Numbered from the stretch's first letter, positions 40,741-54,509 are shown. The stretch: DNA of 64,000 bases from Octopus vulgaris (GCA_951406725.2 OX597814.1:222022001-222086000); one strand, 5' to 3'. The notes: generated from the letters alone by a model not told the origin. Program-made: numbers and translations.

Positions 40741-42455
40741 AAAAATATCATCTCAAAAATACAAATATACCCTATACTTTATCATGGCCCATACTGGATT
40801 CAGAGCTTCCCTACCGAGGTCAACGCACAACCTGCAAGTTTTGCCTGAAGGAGGTGCTTCACATATTAAAGCACAACACTCCAACAGTGCTAAATAAACA
40901 TAATGAGGCACTAAGCTCATGCAACCACCGTTTTTTCACACATTCAAATTCTTCCACAAATCCAAATGCCTAAACGATCATACAATATATTTCCACAATA
41001 ACCCTTGAGTAATCCCAATAACCTTAACTCATGGCGAGCTGGCAGAATCGTTAGCACGCCGGGCGAAATGCGTAGCCGTATTTCGTCTGCCGTTATGTTC
41101 TGAGATCAAATTCCGCTGAGGTCGACCTTGCCTTTCATCCTTTCGGGGTCGATAAATAAAGTACCCGTTTCGCACTGGGGTCGATGTAATCGACTTAATC
41201 CCTGTGCCTGTCCTTGTTTGTCCCCTCTATGTTTAGCTCGTTGTAGGCAATAAAGAAATATATATGCATGTATATACTATTTCTTTATTACCCACAAGGG
41301 GCTAAACACAGAGGGGACAAACAAGGACAGACATAGGTATTAAGTCGATTATATCGACTCCAGTGCGTAACTGGTACTTAATTTATCGACCCCGAAAGGA
41401 TGACAGGCAAAGTCGACCTCGGCGAAATTTGAACTTACAACGTACTGGCAGACGAAATACCGCTAAGCATTTCGCCCGGCGTGCTAACGTTTCTGCCAGC
41501 TCGTATATACATCTTCTATTGTGTATACCTTTTCTATACATATTCTTCTATTACTGACCACTGACCTGTCTTCTAAGCAACCTAACCTATATTTTCAAAT
41601 CTTCATTTCACCTTTTTACTACCCCTACCCCCTCTCACATATATATATTCTTCTACTACTAAGCACTGACCTGTCCTCTAAGCAACCTAACCTATATTCC
41701 TAAATTCTTCATTCCACCTTTTTACTACCCACACCCCTCTCTCTACCCTTCACTTAGGCTCTATCGCTACATTCCTCACACTCCTTTACTCTTTACCCTA
41801 TCATCTCTATACACTCTCATACCTTTCTCTCTCTCTCTCTCTCTCTCACCCTCACCTCTGCTTTACTTCTATCAATTTAACCTGACTGACCACTAGCCAG
41901 ATCACTCTCCCTCTCTTCATTTCTTTATTATCTCTCTCCCTGCTTTTCTATTTTCCCTCTCACTTTTTTCCTCTGTTTCTGATTTGACCTTACAAACACA
42001 TTCCCAACTTTTAAGTCACTTCAATAAAACCCTCGATCCAATAACACCGTGTACAAAGTCTATGCTTGGAGTGACAAATTATAAATACTATTGGAACTTA
42101 CACACAAAGCACAGGAAACTTACATGTACACCATTCTGCTTAAATAATGGAACTGCAGATACAATATCCCTGCACATCTCACGTCTGTTTTCATTCCTCC
42201 ACTTCATTCTATATTTCATATCTTATCTTGAATAACTACAGCTTAACCATTTTTTCGCACCGTCTTTGATGAAGGGATATATAAACTATCCCGGAAACAG
42301 CTGTAAGACATTCTCCTTATAAATGATCTGAAATCTTTCACAGCTTTGGATTTTTGTCTCATTCTGTTAATTTTTTTTATATATGCATGCTAATTATGAC
42401 CTACGTTGGACTCCTCATTCACATAATCACCGAACCTGGAGCTTAACTATAGTCT
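40741..42455 (+). mobile_element. 5'-truncated Penelope-like element interrupted by two SINEs
   Basis: HLKNTNIPYTLSWPIL...PY...CKFCLKE...LNKHNE...CNH (GIY-YIG C-terminus, 40745-40975); ~105 bp tandem duplication at 41540-41741; hammerhead motif gtct-TTGATGA...GAAA-cagctg-TA-agac at 42262-42309. Confidence 0.8.
41033..41503. mobile_element. Tail-to-tail inverted SINE pair (41033-41260 +, 41277-41503 -)
   Basis: Two full copies of the gcgagctggcagaa family separated by about 16 bp. Confidence 0.9.
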
Positions 42456-42492
42456 GTCCTTGTTATCTGAGTTATATATGTGTGTGTGTGTG

Positions 42493-42568
<76 letters not shown>

Positions 42569-42645
42569 AATATATTTATATATACGCACATATACATGCA
42601 TAAATATATATATTGTATATGTATATATATATGTGTGTGTGTATG

Positions 42646-42686
<41 letters not shown>

Positions 42687-43965
42687 TCATGTAACGTATA
42701 TATACATATATATATATATATAATAAAAAAATAAAATACACTTCTACACATGCACACATATATAAAGTCTCTCTCTTTCCTTTAGCCCCTTCTCGTATTC
42801 TCTAACTGCAGTACACGCACAAAATTTAACACAAGCGTACAGACACATACAAACACCCTGCATTTCAATCGTCTGTCTACTGCTTTCCATAAATACCAAT
42901 ATATATAAATAAAGTCACCAATGAAATCTTGTGTTCATCATAAACTTTCTTTGCTTATCGAAATCATTGACATATCAGTTCACTGACGTTCAACAAAACA
43001 TAATAACAGTAACTGGTTACTATAATTGCAATTTCTCAAAGATAAAGAATTTATCGCAGTATTATAAAAAAAGAGTTAATAATATAAAACATCTACATAA
43101 TACTTTTTGTAACTTATCTACCTAACTATTTGTCTGTTTCTATGCCTATCATTTACTCCCACCAACTTCTCTCTGTCTCTCAATACACACACACACAAAC
43201 ACATACGCACACGCACACACACACACATATTTATATATGTAAGCTTGTTTCTCAACATGGTCCCATGTCCAATCTCATAACGAGACACCTTGATCAAGTG
43301 TCTTCTACTCTTGGTCAGCCCGAGGCTGAGCAGAACCTTGTGAGTGAATTTCGTTGACGGAAATTGAAAGTGACGACAAGCATTACTTGTCAGCAAGGTT
43401 GAGCAGAGACTGTTCCGCGGATTCATGTCTCCATGTATGTATTGGTTCAAAAACTACGCAAACGTGATCATATTTTCCGTACGTTCTTTTGAATTTACTC
43501 TCTTTTGAAATAGGTCGAAGGTGATTCCTTCGCGAAATATTTTCTTCAGCATTCACCGAAATTAATGATGTTCAAATAATTAAATCATACCATTTTTTAC
43601 ATTACACAAATCTGTATTTCGGCTTAACTTATGAGAATTATTGACGTTTAGACATGTCAACTAGTGTGTTTTTACTTAGTCAATCAGCCTGTTAGGAAAA
43701 AAGCATAACCAAAAACAGCCAAATTTCCTGTCTTCCAAATTGACACATTGATTAAACCTAGATACATTACGCTTAAATTAAATATAACAGGATATTTACA
43801 TCTAAAACGAATTTGTTCATACAAAGTTTGATAAAAAGCTGACCTGGAGATAAAGAACAACAACGAAATCAATAAGTTCTCTTTAATGATAGTTATGTCA
43901 AGTCTGCACGTTAATTATATCTGTATATGATTTGGTTACGCCATATAAGCCTCACATGAAAGGCC

Positions 43966-44028
<63 letters not shown>

Positions 44029-44213
44029 TGTCGGTAGAGATATTAGTCATGAAAGTAATTTAATTAGATATTTTGTCCTATAAAAGCAATTAAACTGCCA
44101 TATGAAAAATGTAAAGTGTGTAATACCAAATGTGATTTCAATTTTATGCTGCTTTAATATACTTGGATGACAGAATTCGTCGAAAATATGGCCACATAAT
44201 TTTTTTTATTTAT

Positions 44214-44503
44214 TCATGGCTTAGTGGTTAGCGTGTTACACTCATAATCGTGAGATCGTGATTTCAATTCCTAGACCGGGTGGTGCGTTGTCTTTTTATG
44301 CAAAACACTTCGTTTCACGTTGCTCTACGATCACTTGGACACCTGACGCGTGACACAACTTTTCAGATAACGTCGATTCAATAGAAAACGTGAGCTAATG
44401 TGCGATACGAACATTTGATCACTATAAGCAAATCATTTGTGCAGGTCGTTCGGGAAAAAAACTGAACACTAATACGTAGTTGTCTTCGACGGGAGAGTCC
44501 ATC
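44214..44503 (+). mobile_element. tRNA-derived SINE
   Basis: catggcttagtggttagcg...tttcaattcc head, then a CORE-like segment similar to 11641-11975; different tail. Confidence 0.75.
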
Positions 44504-44528
44504 ACGTATATATATATATATATATATG

Positions 44529-44584
<56 letters not shown>

Positions 44585-44686
44585 GTATGAGAGGTGGTCG
44601 TATCCAGAATAACCAAGGTGGCACGTATCGCTTATATGTGCTATGGAAAGACTGTAGTTAAACTCATTCGTATCATTATATATATA

Positions 44687-44754
<68 letters not shown>

Positions 44755-45069
44755 TGATGTTATAAGAAGTAATGGTGTCATTGAGACCCAAAGGTAATGC
44801 TGAATAAGTGCTATAGATAGACCATAGTTAAGTTCCAGGTTAGGTAATTTTGCGAATAAGGGGTTCCGTGCTGGTCATATTTTAACGTGTGTATATAAGA
44901 ATGTTTTGCACAATTAGATTTTAAAAACCGTCTCCGATGAAGGGATATAATCAATAAATTGCGCGTAATTGAAGAATACAAGCCAGCTGAGTCGGCCGAG
45001 GGCAGAATGAGCCCCCCGCTCAAGTGAGTCTTGCTTTCCCAGATCTTGAGGATGAGGAGCAGGAAAAGA

Positions 45070-45097
<28 letters not shown>

Positions 45098-45100
<3 letters not shown>

Positions 45101-45292
45101 ATCCAAACATGAAAACACAAAGAGAAAACACAACAACGCGAGGACGTGGAACAAATATAGTATTATTGGACGCTCAGGAAAGAAGGAAAGAAGGAGGGCT
45201 ATAACGTTTCGAGCGGAGCTCGTCGTCGGAAACACAGGAGAAGGAAGGACAGAGGAAAAATCGCCAACGGTACACACGCGGTCACATTTTGA
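45098..45292 (-). mobile_element. PLE-type fragment, inverse copy of 10512-10740
   Basis: Direct homology, including the CCGACGA...GAAAcg motif at 45198-45233. Confidence 0.75.
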
Positions 45293-45421
45293 ATATATAT
45301 ATGCGCACATACACACAATATAAATATATATATATATATATATATCTATACAATATGTTACATTACTCGGTAGTCAAGATAAAACTCTGAGTTTCAGATG
45401 CCGAAGTGGAAATCCACAACA

Positions 45422-45492
<71 letters not shown>

Positions 45493-45559
45493 TATGTGTG
45501 TGTATGTACTTATACACATACGTACAGACGGACAGCCAGACAGACAGACAGATAAATAA

Positions 45560-45609
<50 letters not shown>

Positions 45610-45863
45610 TCAGTATACGCAGCTGAAGAATTATTAAATCAAAATAGCCATCTATGTGTCATATTTAATATATACACATTGTCGGTAGATCTGTTATTGC
45701 TGTATTTCTTTCTGTAATATCTCTTACGAAGTCGCTGTGTTAAGAGCACAATAAATATGAGTGAGAGAAGAAAACCACTCATCTCCCTGGCCGGGGGTAA
45801 CGAATTGTCGTTCCAGCATGTTGTTGGCCACTCGTACGCATCCTTATGAAGAACGGTGCTTAC

Positions 45864-45906
45864 CATGCGTTGATAAGAGGCAAATACCTCGAAACCGGTC
45901 CGTATG
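45864..45906 (+). ncRNA. Degenerate type I hammerhead inside a ~315 bp GC-richer insert (45760-46075)
   Basis: catgcg-TTGATAA-gagg.caaata.cctc-GAAA-ccgg-TC-cgtatg; all stems pair, two core substitutions. Confidence 0.55.
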
Positions 45907-46078
45907 TAGTATCCGTATCTTCGGGGAGGCTGATCTCCCTTTGCAGGCTGGCAAGGACACCGAGATGGTGTCAGCCCTTCTGGTGACGTTGATGATCGCC
46001 TGGGGCTAAATGCATCAGTAACACACCCACCACCCCACCCTGTCCCTAGCCACATTCAGATGGCTGATCCCCCTTATG

Positions 46079-46168
<90 letters not shown>

Positions 46169-46171
<3 letters not shown>

Positions 46172-46289
46172 CCTTATCCTCATGATCTGGGAAAGCATGA
46201 TCCTCTCAACCAAACGACTTCTGCGATGCAACTATCATCACCATCTACAAGAAGGGAGGCCGAAGAGATTGCAACAACTATCGGGTCAC

Positions 46290-46293
<4 letters not shown>
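46169..46293 (+). mobile_element. Short RTE-type reverse transcriptase fragment
   Basis: LILMIWES...DATIITIYKK...DCNNYR. Confidence 0.65.
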
Positions 46294-46348
<55 letters not shown>

Positions 46349-48715
46349 GACGGGTTTCTTTCAGTTTTCCTTTGCTAGCTTTTGGTCGGCCCGAAGCAAC
46401 AGAAGAAACTTGCCCCCAATGTGTAATGCATTGGGACTGAATCCAAAACCAACCATGTGGTCGGGAAGTAAACTTCTTGCCATACAGCCATTGTTGCGCC
46501 TCAGCCGCTATGTTTATCACTTTATTATTTCCTGTACTTGATTTGTATTTTAAAAACTTCATTTGGTTTGTTTATTTAGACATTCTGACTCCTACCGATA
46601 TCCGTAATCTCAAACGTAACCCCGTACTTCTTCAGCTGTTAAGCTGTCTAGACACATTTCTGCTCCCATACCAGCATTAAACAGATAATATCATGTAAGG
46701 CCTAAATGATTTCTCATTTAAAATCCGTTGTCTGATTTTTTTGCTTCTCATATGTACACACATACACACACACACTCACATTGTTGCTGAAGTATTTTTA
46801 AAAAAGAAAAGCTAAATACCAACTAAACGTCGTTTAAATTACAACCTACCATCTTAGAAAATTTTTTTTTAAATGTACATGATGTGGCTCTGCGTGTATT
46901 GAACTACGAATAATGGAGTGGCATATGATACACGAGGGAAAGAATATTAAACCAGAATTAATCATATATTTCGTGTAAGCATTAGGCTTTAATAATTTTT
47001 TTTTTATAGTAAGGTGATCTAGGTACATTTACAATATTTTTCTCTGCTTATTCTACCATTTAAATAAGTGCCATTAAAAATAATTCATTCATGTCAGTCT
47101 TGAAAGACTAAAAATAACTCCACCAATATAATTTCCACAGTTAACATTAGTTTGATTATATAAATCAAAGACTATCGTCTCTACAAGACATCGAGTAAAC
47201 AAGAAGTAAAGAAATTTTAAACATTTACAATCTTACAATTGTTCACAAAACAACTGCAGAAACAACTATGATGTTCATGCAGAATGTTTAGTATTTGTAC
47301 AAAATATAGTTTATTAAAAAATTTGCAGTTTATAGTACAGATGCAATTTCATTGGGTTACGACAAAAGGCGTGGGTTTGATTCATACTAAGGTTAATTTT
47401 TTTTATTTCACTCTATCTAGACCTCAGAGTCCTTCGTGTGAATGCGTAAATATTATGTATTCATAATTTATCAATGTGTGCAAATAAATGAGAATATAAA
47501 TTTAAATGTATTCCGCATTTCGGATTAACAACAATTAAGTGGGAAGCAAAAGCCACAGACATATAGTGCTAGGTATATACAATATCTAGATGCGTAGATT
47601 TTATGGAAACAGTGAACCATGTGTAATACTGAAATTAGTTACCAAACGTCGTACAGTTACGATTATCTTTATATCCCTAGATTTCTAGAGAGGACAAATG
47701 GTGAGCAATTGTTTAACATTCTTAGTATACAGTTAGCGTCACAATATTTTTCTAGATTATAATTTTCGGTAACCAGTATGTTACATTGTGTGAATGCGTT
47801 TAGAGAAATATGTATTTAGTAACGTATACATGAAGGGTAGAAAATGTGACACTAAATGGAACTTACTAATCAATCGATCTACATCTATCTGTCGCCCTCT
47901 CTCTCTATCTTACTATCTCTCTCTCTCTTATTCTCTCTCTATATATATATGTGTGTGTGTGTGTGTTTGTTTGTTTGTCTCTCTATCTACGTACAATGCA
48001 AATGCGAGTTCGTATATGTTTCTGTGTGTGTATATGTCTGTGTGTGAGTCTGTATGTATGTATATTTGTATGTATGTATTCATACTTAGCTGACACCCGC
48101 CGATGTTTTGTTTTGTACCTCCATGCCCATAGGTGGAGTCGAGCTGGTGCACATCTTTTAGTATGAGCATGAAGTTATAGTTTGTAGATTTACATATTCA
48201 ATATAAAAAAATACACTCTTATATATCCAAATATATGAAAGTTAGATTTAGATATTGTCTGCCTAATAAAGATAAGTGCTAAGAAAGTATCTATGAATAG
48301 AGAAAATAATATAAAATGAGATAAAGATGTGACATAGAACAACTTTTATGAAATGCAGTAAAACATTGAGATAAAGGAAAACAGATTGTTAGATATAAAT
48401 AAAAAAGTTGGTAATGTGAGTAGACAAATTACGAAGAGAAGTCAAATAATATGTGTGAGTGCGTGAGTGCGTGTGTATGTGAAAATAACCAGCTACTAAC
48501 ATATGAAGTAGATGTTATTGGTCAAGTGTTGGTGAGGTGTAATGACTTGATCCTACAAAATAATTCCGGCTATGAAATGTTTTTCGAATTGTGCTCATAA
48601 AATGTGGTGAGGGACAGGATAATAAGAAAACTATAGTAAATTATTTCCCAGTTGTAGCTTTCTCAGAGTTGTCTTGACATTTATGCCTGATAATCACAAA
48701 CTGCTTCATTTGTAC

Positions 48716-48730
48716 CAGAGAATACAATAT
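48716..48730 (-). CDS. Candidate 15-nt microexon completing the signal peptide, (H)IVFS(G)
   Basis: ttttccgttag|ATATTGTATTCTCTG|gtacaa; phase 1 to 1; donor is weak. Confidence 0.45.
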
Positions 48731-49300
48731 CTAACGGAAAATCATGGAATAATAAAAACAAAACTTTTAGTAGTAATGTGAAATAATGAAGATGGGGGAG
48801 TGTGAAAAATGGTTTAGTATCTGACTCGATCTTTTAGTATATATACTTATGTTCCTCTGCTTTCTCAACTATAATAAATTTGGTGACACTAGTGTCAATA
48901 AAATAAAGTTCTGTTCCGTGCAGAGAATACTTTCGAGAATCTTTCACACAACTTTACACATTTGTGTTATTATGCTACCGTTAGGAATTAATAAAAAAAT
49001 TCAGTTGTGTAAAATAAGATTCGATATTTCATAATAGAAGTTCAAATAAACAAGTGAAATTTACAACCTGACACAATCTACGGAGAGTCCCATATAAATG
49101 AATTACACAAACCAGCAGTAAACTTCCTATCAGTCATCTAAAGCTCACAATTGCCAAGTAGCATAATTTAAAAAACATGCAGTAAAACATTAGGTCAAGT
49201 TATTAACAGAATAAACCACTTCAATAATACCCACATTCTTACCACTACAAGTTGCATGAAGAACAGCATTTAAGCTTTTAAATTTTAATGTAGCACTCAC

Positions 49301-49349
49301 GAAAAGACACTGCAAGGAAAATACAAAATAAAGCAAGATTCGTACTCAT
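49301..49349 (-). CDS. First coding exon, signal peptide MSTNLALFCIFLAVSF
   Basis: ataATG context, in-frame upstream stop, donor C|gtgagt (phase 1), strong 5'UTR acceptor near 49532-49560. Confidence 0.65.
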
Positions 49350-50409
49350 TATGGAGATTAAAAAATCAGCCCTTTCTTTTTGATCTTCGAAGAAACTATA
49401 CGGACATTTCAAACCTCAAAAGATTTGGCAAAGTTACAAGCACAAACCCGAAACGTCTAGATTCTGGAGGAACTGTTGTAGCTATCCAGATCTCTTACCA
49501 CTCATAAAAAACACTACTTAATGTCTAAAATCTGGAAACTGAGAAAAATCAACAAAAAATTCCAAGCAAAATAGCATTATGCAGACACACCTGTTTTCTT
49601 CACCACCCACTACTAATTCCTCAAAAACCCATCATTTATATCATCAACTCACCCATAGCCTCACACAGTTAAAATAATTATTAAGAATATGTCAATGAAC
49701 AAGTGGCCAACCTACAAGAACAATTATTTCTTTTCAGTGAAGTTGACTCACTCGGACAAATGAAAACTATATCGTATCGTGTGTATTTTTATTAACCATA
49801 AAACTGTCTTTGTTTTAACAAATAAACAGAAAATTTGCCCAGTTAGTGTTGTCAATAGATGACGCTATGTCATCCTCATGACTGACTCCAGAATTCTTGT
49901 ACACATCACATCATCAGCTTCATGGGTAAAATGACATTAAAAATCACATAATCATATTGCCATGATGATATAACCTACGTTGGGGAAGTCTAAGACTTTC
50001 AATGCTATTAAATTCCATTACAAGGCAATATTGAGTAATCTTTGTAGATCAAAAGAAGATCAAGGCCAATATTTTAAGATATCGGTAATCCAAGTGTGAA
50101 ACTCATTCCATATGGATTATTAATGATCATAGTTTGTCTATCTCTTAAGATTTATGCTGGTGAATTCTATGTGAAAGTTGTAAGGTAATAATTACATGAA
50201 TAAAAGTTATCATACAAACGTGATTAAAATATTTCAGAGAAGAGTAAAGCTAAACAGTGTAGTTTATTTTAAAGTGCTGTAATTAGGAATTAGTGACAGT
50301 TACGTAATGAAATGTTTATACAAGATATAGCTTGACACACACACACATACACACACAAAAAAGAAACGCGCACACATGTATGTTTATAAATATATATATA
50401 TATCTATTA

Positions 50410-50453
<44 letters not shown>

Positions 50454-50495
50454 GTAGATAGATAGACAGAAAGACAGACAGACAGACAGACAGAC

Positions 50496-50594
<99 letters not shown>

Positions 50595-51072
50595 GAAGAG
50601 ACACATGAGGGAAAAAGAAAGGTCAAGATGTAAAATGCGTGACTGATTTGCAGGGAGAACGAAAAAGAGAAATAGAAAGGAGGATGTAGGAGGACATAAA
50701 TTTAAATGTCCAAAGATAATGTATTGAGAATCTGCATTCGATGAGAATTGGTAAAATGCTGCTGAGGACAACATAGACTAATGTTTCGAGGGAAAGGGGT
50801 TTTTAATATAACAAGAAGTGCTTATTATAAGTTTAGAATTTTGTCACATTTCAAACACTGAATACAGGTAAGCCAATCCAATCGTCACATTACGTAAAGC
50901 TGTTTATTGACATCATTATGCAATGGGAGAAGAGATAAATGATACTTCAAATAGAGCTGCAAAGAAGCAAATACATGCAGAGACATAGATGCATTCAGAT
51001 GCAGGTAGCTGCGTATGCCTTGCAATGACCAAAGCAAAGAATTCAGTTTTCGTCTGTTTCCTCCCTGAATTT

Positions 51073-51168
<96 letters not shown>

Positions 51169-51440
51169 TGTGTGTGTGAGAGAGAGAGAGACCAAGAGTT
51201 ACTCTTTTAATCTTTTTACTCTTTTACTTGTTTCAGTCATTTGACTGCGGCCATGCTGGAGCACCGCCTTTAGTCGAGCAAATCCACCCCGGGACTTATT
51301 CTTTGTAAGCCCAGTACTTATTCTATGGGTCTCTTTTGCCGAACCGCTAAGTGACAGGGACGTAAACACACCAGCATCGGTTGTCAAGCAATGCTAGAGG
51401 GACAAACACAGACACACAAACATATACACACACATACACA

Positions 51441-51535
<95 letters not shown>

Positions 51536-51538
<3 letters not shown>

Positions 51539-52307
51539 TAAGCAATAAAGGGTTTGGCAACGAATTGCCTTACCACATACCGAATTTAGAAATAGCAGTC
51601 AAAGAGTTATAGCTATTTCTTCTACTAAAAAGGGAGATCTCAGTAAAAACAGCAATTGGAAGGCAGACACAAACAGGTAAGAGGGAATGAATTGACGGCA
51701 ATCTATCATACAATTTTAAGTTATCTACGGACGTACGTTTCGAAATCAAGTCTTTAGGAAAGCATAAGAATTGGGTGGGAAGGGGCTGGTGACACAATCT
51801 TTTCATTCGCACATTGAATTTAGTGATACTAGTTGCGGATTCTAGCTCGCTCTGATACTGAGTTGAGTTGATGCCTTCTAGTATCTCAAAATTCAATATA
51901 TAATCATTTATGATTATAGTATTCTACGCTGAAGAGAAAAGAAGTTCTTGGTAAGATAGAATTATTTAATATTTAATTCTTATGCTTTCCTAAAGACTTG
52001 ATTTCGAAACGTACGTCCGTAGATAACTTAAAATTGTATGATAGATTGCCGTCAATTCATTCCTCTTACCTGTTTGTGTCTGCCTTCCAATTGCTGTTTT
52101 TACTGAGATCTCCTTTTTAGTAGAAGAAATAGCTATAACTCTTTGACTGCTATTTCTAAATTCGGTATGTGGTAAGGCAATTCGTTGCCAAACCCTTTAT
52201 TGCTTAGTATTACTTAAATTTTCCTCGAATGAGGCTTTTACATGCCGAAGACTACTTGGTGTAATTGATAATTATTCCAAATTAATTAATTTCACCCTTC
52301 ATTATTA
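51536..52307 (+). mobile_element. PLE-derived element with ~235 bp near-perfect inverted repeat
   Basis: Arms 51536-51772 / 51975-52209; (TA)n on both sides. Confidence 0.85.
51923..52023 (+). ncRNA. Type I hammerhead ribozyme, canonical core
   Basis: tctacg-CTGAAGA-gaaa...(long stem II)...tttc-GAAA-cgtacg-TC-cgtaga. Confidence 0.8.
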
Positions 52308-53113
52308 TATATATATATATATATATACGACAGGCTTCTTTCAGTTTCCGTCTACCAAATCCACTCACAAGGCTTTGGTTGGCCCGAGGCTATAGCAGAA
52401 GACACTTGCCCAAGATGCCACGCAGTGGGACTGAACCCGGAACCATGTGGTTGGTTAGCAAGCTACTTACCACACAGCCACTCCTGCGCCTATATTTGTG
52501 ATATTTGTTATGGCATAGAGCTGGTCAGGGTGTTTCCATAGGTTTGGCGTATGCAAATTTAACAAGTTTGAATTTCTGTGTGAAGAGACACAGATTAAAG
52601 AAATCCTATACATGCTTTACGCATGTATGTAACTATTAAGACGTTATTATATTTATACTAATATCATTATGATTAATATTCATTATTATATTCGTAATGC
52701 ATTCCCCATTCTATAAAGAATCTCGTGCAAAATGACATTTTCAATAAACCAAATTCTCTGAAATTTCAACAAGTATGTATTACTTTCATTTGAACTAAAA
52801 CATGTACATTGATACATTTGAACACAGGAATCTGCAAATGTGCTTCACGACGACACAGTTTGGAATGTAACCCCTTCAAAATGTTTAATTCATCAGTATT
52901 AGACAATTTGAACGTCTCAAGAGCAATTACATAATGCCATTTGACTCATCCGATCCAAAGTTAGACACTATAACGCTATCAGGACCTGATCGTGATGCTT
53001 CACCAAGTACCTGATTGTATCCTGTAAATTATATGTGTGTGTGTGTCTATGTGCGTGTGTGTATGTATATATGTATATATATATATATATGTATGTATGC
53101 ATATATATATATT

Positions 53114-53204
<91 letters not shown>

Positions 53205-53217
53205 GTGTGTGTGTGTG

Positions 53218-53265
<48 letters not shown>

Positions 53266-53597
53266 TAATATACGATAAAATTTTATAAAATAGCCAGCAT
53301 ATTAAAACAATTCCTTTAAGGGCAAAAGAAACAAAATTCAATGCCAAACATGGCCAGATAAGCTTAATCTTCAATAACCATATAATTTATCACCATAAGC
53401 ACGCGTCTCGAATGCAAACCGAGTGAAAGTTCTAAAAAAATGTTTTCGTTATCATCGGATCGGTCCCAATTTCTGAGTTAATTCATTTAGAAATTTCTCG
53501 TCATCAGCGATAAATACGATAATAAAATAAATGAGATACTTACTTGCACCCATGGAAGAAGAAAACACTAAGTCATGAGCACAATTAAGTACCCCAA

Positions 53598-54497
53598 TTG
53601 GACGAGTGTCCTTTACTATAGCCTCGGTCCGACAAAAGCCTTGTGAGTGGGTTAGGTAGACGAAAATTGAAAAAAAGACCGTCGTATATATGCGCATGTA
53701 TGTAATTGTGTATCTGTATTTGTCCCCCACCCACTGTCGCTTGACAACCGATATTGGTGTATTTACGTCCCCGTAACATAGCAGTTCGGCAAAAGGTACG
53801 ACAGAATAACTACTATGCTTACAAAAAATGGGTGCTGAAGTCGATTTGTTTGACTAAAGGCGGTGCTCCACCATGTCAGCAGTCAAATGACTGAAACAAT
53901 TAAAAGAATATATATATATAGGCGCAGGAGTGGCTGTGTGGTAAGTAGCTTGCTAACCAACCACATGGTTCCGGGTTCAGTCCCACTGCGTGGCATCTTG
54001 GGCAAGTGTCTTCTGCTATAGCCCCGGGCCGACCACTGCCTTGTGAGTGGATTTGGTAGACGGAAACTGAAAGAAGTCGTATATATGTATATATATATAA
54101 GTGTGTGTGTTTGTGTTTGTCCCCCTAGCATTGCTTGACAACCGATGCTGGTTGTCCCCGTCACTTAGCGGTTCGGCAAAAGAGACCGATAGAATAAGTA
54201 CTGGGCTTACAAAGAATAAGTCCTGGGGTCGATTTGCTCGACTAAAGGCGGTGCTCCAGCATGGCCGCAGTCAAATGACTGAAACAAGTAAAAGAGTAAA
54301 AGAGTAAAGAGAATATATATGCATATATATATATATGCATGCACGTCAAACTTCTTTCAGTTTCCGTCTACAAAATCTACTCACAAAGCTTTGTTCAGAC
54401 CGAGGCTGTAGTAGAAGGCATCAGTCTTAGTTGGCACGCAGTGGGTCTGAACCAGAAACCATGTGGCCGGGAAGCAGACTTCTTACCAAAGCCACAC
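53598..54497. mobile_element. Cluster of three SINEs (53598-53910 +, 53920-54312 + full length, 54350-54497 -)
   Basis: All match the 5325-5742 family. Confidence 0.85.
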
Positions 54498-54509
54498 CTA
54501 CCATTTATG

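Larger units (their letters stand above)
51199..52491 (-). mobile_element. tRNA-derived SINE split by an insertion into its internal microsatellite
   Basis: Tail half 51199-51420 and head half 52325-52491 together match 5325-5742. Confidence 0.9.

Noticed and set aside
43591-43688. Minus-strand segment with good acceptor and donor
   Set aside because: Stops in all three frames; incompatible with the phase-1 chain
48086-48155. Possible phase 1-1 exon VHQLDSTYGHG
   Set aside because: Acceptor lacks a polypyrimidine tract
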